Below are positions 26,522 to 29,738 of a stretch of DNA of 29,738 nucleotides, in pieces (positions within the stretch are counted from its first letter, which is position 1; every line of letters starts with the position of its first letter). This stretch comes from a virus (taxonomy: Duplodnaviria > Caudoviricetes): the IMG/VR virus record IMGVR_UViG_3300008110_000670, positions 1-29,738 of that record. The stretch is one strand, 5' to 3'. The notes beneath the pieces are model-generated. The model was not told the DNA's origin and searched no databases. It worked only from the letters and a program-made list of their open reading frames with translations. The position numbers and the translations under genes were made by a program.

Positions 26522-27028
26522 ATGAAGAATACTTTACATGGAATTCAATTACTAAATGAAGATGACTTGTGCAATATCTATCTGCAAAACCCTGACCAAA
26601 TAATAAAAGATGCAATAGTAGAAAAGTCTATTCAATTTGAAGACCTACTAGAGTTACAAAACATTCCCAAAATTCGTGTGTATGAGGCGTCATCCGTAGA
26701 TATGACTACATTTGACAACATGAATCAAAATAATTGGTTTATGCCAAAAGAATATATTGAGTTTGACATAGCAAAATATGTTTTGGATTTATGCCAAACC
26801 GACTATGAATTACAGCGAGTCGGAGAAGAATTAATAAAATTCCAAGAACGAGAAATGTTCCCATTATTGTGTTATTGCAAGTATCTTGTTGATACAATGC
26901 GTAAACATAATGTAGTGTGGGGAGTTGGTCGTGGCAGTAGCGTTAGTAGCTATGTTCTGTTTTTGATTGGAATTCACCGTATAAATAGCTTACACTATGA
27001 TTTATCCATAGATGAGTTTCTAAAATAG
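26522..27028 (+). CDS. dnaE: DNA polymerase III alpha (DnaE)-like fragment, N-terminal palm portion only
   Basis: RVGEELIKF..REMFPLL......VD.MRKHNVVWGVGRGSSVSSYVLFLIGIHRINSLHYDLSIDEFLK matches DnaE G.GRGS..GSLVAY.L.IT..DP....L.FERFL. Confidence 0.85.
   Translation: MKNTLHGIQLLNEDDLCNIYLQNPDQIIKDAIVEKSIQFEDLLELQNIPKIRVYEASSVDMTTFDNMNQNNWFMPKEYIEFDIAKYVLDLCQTDYELQRVGEELIKFQEREMFPLLCYCKYLVDTMRKHNVVWGVGRGSSVSSYVLFLIGIHRINSLHYDLSIDEFLK
26980..26987 (+). promoter_or_regulatory. Perfect T4 late promoter TATAAATA inside the 3' end of the DnaE fragment
   Basis: TATAAATA 50 nt upstream of ATG 27038, which has an AGGAG RBS. Confidence 0.5.
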
Positions 27029-27037
27029 GAGAAAACT

Positions 27038-27364
27038 ATGCCAGCATATAGAACAGCGCAAGGTAAAAATGTAGACATGTCACAATTGGCAGCACGTAAC
27101 GAAAAGGTTCGTGCAGTTGGTAACATGAATGTAAATGCCCGAGGTGACATTATTGATAGTCATAACAGGGTAATTAAAGATAACAATAAAAGAGTTAAAA
27201 ATAACCATCAAAAGGGAGTAGGTGAAAAGCCAAGTGTGCCGCGCCCGCAAGTACCTAACAATTCAGTATCTGCACCCATTCCGGCAGTAGCAGACATTGA
27301 AGAAGAATTAGCAGACCATGAAAAAGAATTATTTGACGATGATGAGGAAATTATTAAAAAATGA
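27038..27364 (+). CDS. Hypothetical protein (basic N-terminus, acidic tail)
   Basis: AGGAG RBS; YRTAQGK.VDM..L...NE...AVGNM.VNARGD.I; ATGA overlap with the GroES-like gene. Confidence 0.78.
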   Translation: MPAYRTAQGKNVDMSQLAARNEKVRAVGNMNVNARGDIIDSHNRVIKDNNKRVKNNHQKGVGEKPSVPRPQVPNNSVSAPIPAVADIEEELADHEKELFDDDEEIIKK

Positions 27365-27732
27365 AGTTAGCATTTGAACCGCATAGATTCACTAAAGACC
27401 AATTTAAGGCGATTGGTAAACATATCATTGTAGCTGATATGGAATTCAAAGAACGTATCAGTTATGGTGGAATTTATATCCCCAACGATGATATGAAAAG
27501 CGAAGGTATTCGTCCACGCTGGGCTAAAGTATATGCACTAGGTCCAGAGTTTGAAGATGACGAAATTAAAGTGGGTAAGTGGATATGTATCAGTCACGGA
27601 CGTTGGACAAGAGGTATTGACATTGAAGATGAAACGGGTAAACACACGTTGCGTAGAGTTGATGAAAATGATATACTACTCATATCTGACGAACCCGTCA
27701 ATGACTTTACATTAGGCGATAAAGGACTTTAA
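27361..27732 (+). CDS. groES: GroES-like co-chaperonin
   Basis: KAIGKHIIV, mobile-loop ERISYGGIYIP, AKVYALGP, IKVGKWI, VDENDILLI. Confidence 0.85.
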   Translation: MKLAFEPHRFTKDQFKAIGKHIIVADMEFKERISYGGIYIPNDDMKSEGIRPRWAKVYALGPEFEDDEIKVGKWICISHGRWTRGIDIEDETGKHTLRRVDENDILLISDEPVNDFTLGDKGL

Positions 27733-27733
27733 A

Positions 27734-28261
27734 ATGGCTACATGGAGTGTAAAACCCGAATGGAAGAAATCAATTATTGAGCGACAAATCTGGACAAAAG
27801 AAGGTGTCGCAGGTTATATTAGTGTTGAAACAGGTTGGAGATGGGGCGAGTTTCATGTCACAACCGAGAATGATACCCCGCCAGACTTAGTAGCAGGTGT
27901 TGATATCTACAATTGTGACTATGAATGTGAACTGGTTTCATTGGATGATGGATGCTGGGAAGAATCAGATATTGATGTTCAGGATGAAGAACTAAGAAAT
28001 GAACTTGAAACATTCCTCGAAGATAATTCGGTACATGACCTTGAAGAATTGGGTTGGTATTGTGATGATACAGAAATGATTATCGATTGTGATTTGATTA
28101 TTGAAAATATTGATACTGGTGAGGTTGTGGATAGTTCTAATGAGGCTGAGGCAAGAGCAATGCTAGAAAAACCCACTCAGTGGCCTTGGGGCCCTGAACT
28201 TGCGTCTACTATAGAAACTGCTAAGTGGCCGTTTGATAGACCAAAAGAAGGTAAAAAATGA
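27734..28261 (+). CDS. Highly acidic, Trp-rich hypothetical protein
   Basis: AAGGA RBS; 175-aa ORF rich in D/E. Confidence 0.78.
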   Translation: MATWSVKPEWKKSIIERQIWTKEGVAGYISVETGWRWGEFHVTTENDTPPDLVAGVDIYNCDYECELVSLDDGCWEESDIDVQDEELRNELETFLEDNSVHDLEELGWYCDDTEMIIDCDLIIENIDTGEVVDSSNEAEARAMLEKPTQWPWGPELASTIETAKWPFDRPKEGKK

Positions 28262-28599
28262 AGTGGTTTGATAATTGGTTTTTAAAAAAGTCTCGCTGGG
28301 CATGGGATGCTTCCCGAGAGAAAGAGTATGATGACGGACCAAATCTTGTTATGACTGGTAGCAATAATAAACTCAAAATGAATCGTGCTATTTCAGCAAG
28401 ACATGATTCCTCCGGTGAATTAGAAAGTCGTAGCACTTCATTCAATTTATATTCTGCTAACGGCGGGCATGTAGTTGAATTGCGTCACTATGACGAAAAA
28501 TCAGACAGAATAAAAAATTCACTACATATTGTACCACATGACAAAGATTTGGGTGAAGCATTAAATCACATTATCACTTATGAAGCATTAAAACGATGA
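28258..28599 (+). CDS. Hypothetical protein
   Basis: 113-aa ORF with ATGA overlaps at both ends. Confidence 0.75.
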   Translation: MKWFDNWFLKKSRWAWDASREKEYDDGPNLVMTGSNNKLKMNRAISARHDSSGELESRSTSFNLYSANGGHVVELRHYDEKSDRIKNSLHIVPHDKDLGEALNHIITYEALKR

Positions 28600-29519
28600 A
28601 AAATCAACTCTGGGTAGAAAAGTATCGTCCGAACACAGTGGAAGATTATGTGTTTGTTGACAATAGACAAAAAGAACAAGTACAAGGCTGGATTACTACT
28701 GAAAGCATTCCGCATTTACTGTTGAGTGGAGATCCTGGTACAGGCAAGACCACTCTTGCAAAAGTATTGATACACGAACTAGGTGTAGAAGAATATGATG
28801 TACTAGAAATAAATGCTAGTCGTGAAAACAGTGTTGATGTTGTTCGTAACAAAATAGTTGGATTTGTGCAGACAATGCCTTTTGGTAAATTCAAAGTGGT
28901 ATTACTAGATGAGGCAGATTATTTGACTCCTGCAGGTCAGGCAGCATTGCGTAATGATATGGAAGCATATCATATGACTGCACGATTCATTTTAACATGT
29001 AACTATCAACATAGAATTATCCCTGCACTTAAGAGCAGATGCCATGAATTTCACATCACAAAGACAGACAAAACTGAATTTACAGCACGTGCGGCAACTG
29101 TACTAGTAACTGAAAACATTGAGTTTGATTTAGATGTACTTGATAACTATGTAACTGCTACATATCCTGACTTACGTAAATGTTTGAATCAACTTCAAGT
29201 AAATAGTAGTACAGGTAAACTTTTATCTTCAATCAATGAAACCAATAGCGAAGATGAGTTATTGCTAGGAGCAATCAGCTTATTTAAGAATGGTAAAGTG
29301 TATGAAGGTAGACAAATGTTGTTGCAATATCTAAGTTTATATCCAACTCGTATTGAAGATTTGTATCGTTGGATGTATAACAATTTAGACATGTGGGGCA
29401 ATACGAATGAAAAGCGTGATGCTAGTGTCATCATTATTCGTAACGGTTTGGCAAATCTAAGTCTAGTGGGTATCCCTGAGATTAGTTTAGCGGCAACATT
29501 AATTGAATTAACAGGATAA
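28596..29519 (+). CDS. gp44: Sliding clamp loader AAA+ ATPase (T4 gp44 / RFC small subunit-like)
   Basis: LWVEKYRP, Walker A GDPGTGKTT, EINAS, Walker B LLDEAD, SRC arginine finger, PDLRK..N. Confidence 0.94.
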   Translation: MKNQLWVEKYRPNTVEDYVFVDNRQKEQVQGWITTESIPHLLLSGDPGTGKTTLAKVLIHELGVEEYDVLEINASRENSVDVVRNKIVGFVQTMPFGKFKVVLLDEADYLTPAGQAALRNDMEAYHMTARFILTCNYQHRIIPALKSRCHEFHITKTDKTEFTARAATVLVTENIEFDLDVLDNYVTATYPDLRKCLNQLQVNSSTGKLLSSINETNSEDELLLGAISLFKNGKVYEGRQMLLQYLSLYPTRIEDLYRWMYNNLDMWGNTNEKRDASVIIIRNGLANLSLVGIPEISLAATLIELTG

Positions 29520-29522
29520 ATT

Positions 29523-29738
29523 ATGAGATATTTACTAATTACATATGTACGTAAAGCTAACGGTCAAATTGATGAACAAGTAGAAATTACTAAAAATCTA
29601 AAAGTGAAAGACCATCAAACTTGCAATGCTATATTAGATTTTAAAGAAAAACAAGTATTGAAGTGCGTAGTAGAAGGCAAGGTCGTAAGCACCGATTGGG
29701 ATAAACTCAGTATATATTATAAACAGGTATATCCTACT
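29523..29738 (+). CDS. Hypothetical protein, 3'-truncated by the window edge
   Basis: ATG at 29523, open to the end (MRYLLITYVRKANGQIDEQ...YYKQVYPT); absent from the ORF track because it has no stop. Confidence 0.7.
   Translation, partial: MRYLLITYVRKANGQIDEQVEITKNLKVKDHQTCNAILDFKEKQVLKCVVEGKVVSTDWDKLSIYYKQVYPT

Noticed and set aside
1-29738. Stop-codon reassignment as an explanation for the broken genes
   Set aside because: Genes are long under the standard code, TAA, TAG and TGA all end genes at sensible places, and the breaks at 6483 and 12290 involve frame changes
1-29738. tRNA, rRNA, introns or inteins
   Set aside because: Intergenic gaps are short and explained by promoters and terminators; no cloverleaf or splicing motifs recognised by eye

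Overview
AT-rich segment of a large T4-superfamily-like myovirus (contractile-tailed phage) genome, read with the standard code. It covers a virion morphogenesis region: gp15-, gp14- and gp13-like neck/tail-completion genes, an enlarged 1178-aa tail sheath, tail tube plus a tube paralogue, gp4-like head-completion nuclease, probable small terminase, an 805-aa acidic head-associated protein, a 1471-aa repeat-rich fibre, a GH19 lysin and Ig-domain baseplate proteins. Interspersed are nucleotide/replication genes (Nudix, MazG-like, dNMP kinase, a stand-alone DnaE palm fragment, GroES-like co-chaperonin, clamp loader). Two promoter classes are visible: near-consensus sigma70 promoters (4016, 26487) and a recurrent T4-late-like (A/C/G/T)TAAATA motif before structural genes. 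Main observations: (1) at four genes the late-promoter motif is built into an inverted repeat that buries the RBS or start codon, suggesting a repeated temporal translation lock; (2) a DnaE gene piece ends just before the catalytic PDxD motif, has a leaderless promoter with an operator-like palindrome, and sits near an RFC/gp44-type clamp loader; (3) three apparent deletion junctions (about 3470, 6483, 12290) disrupt conserved genes and may be assembly artefacts; (4) a polyprotein-like head protein punctuated by hydrophobic-X-Glu motifs. All product calls are from motif recognition, not database searches.
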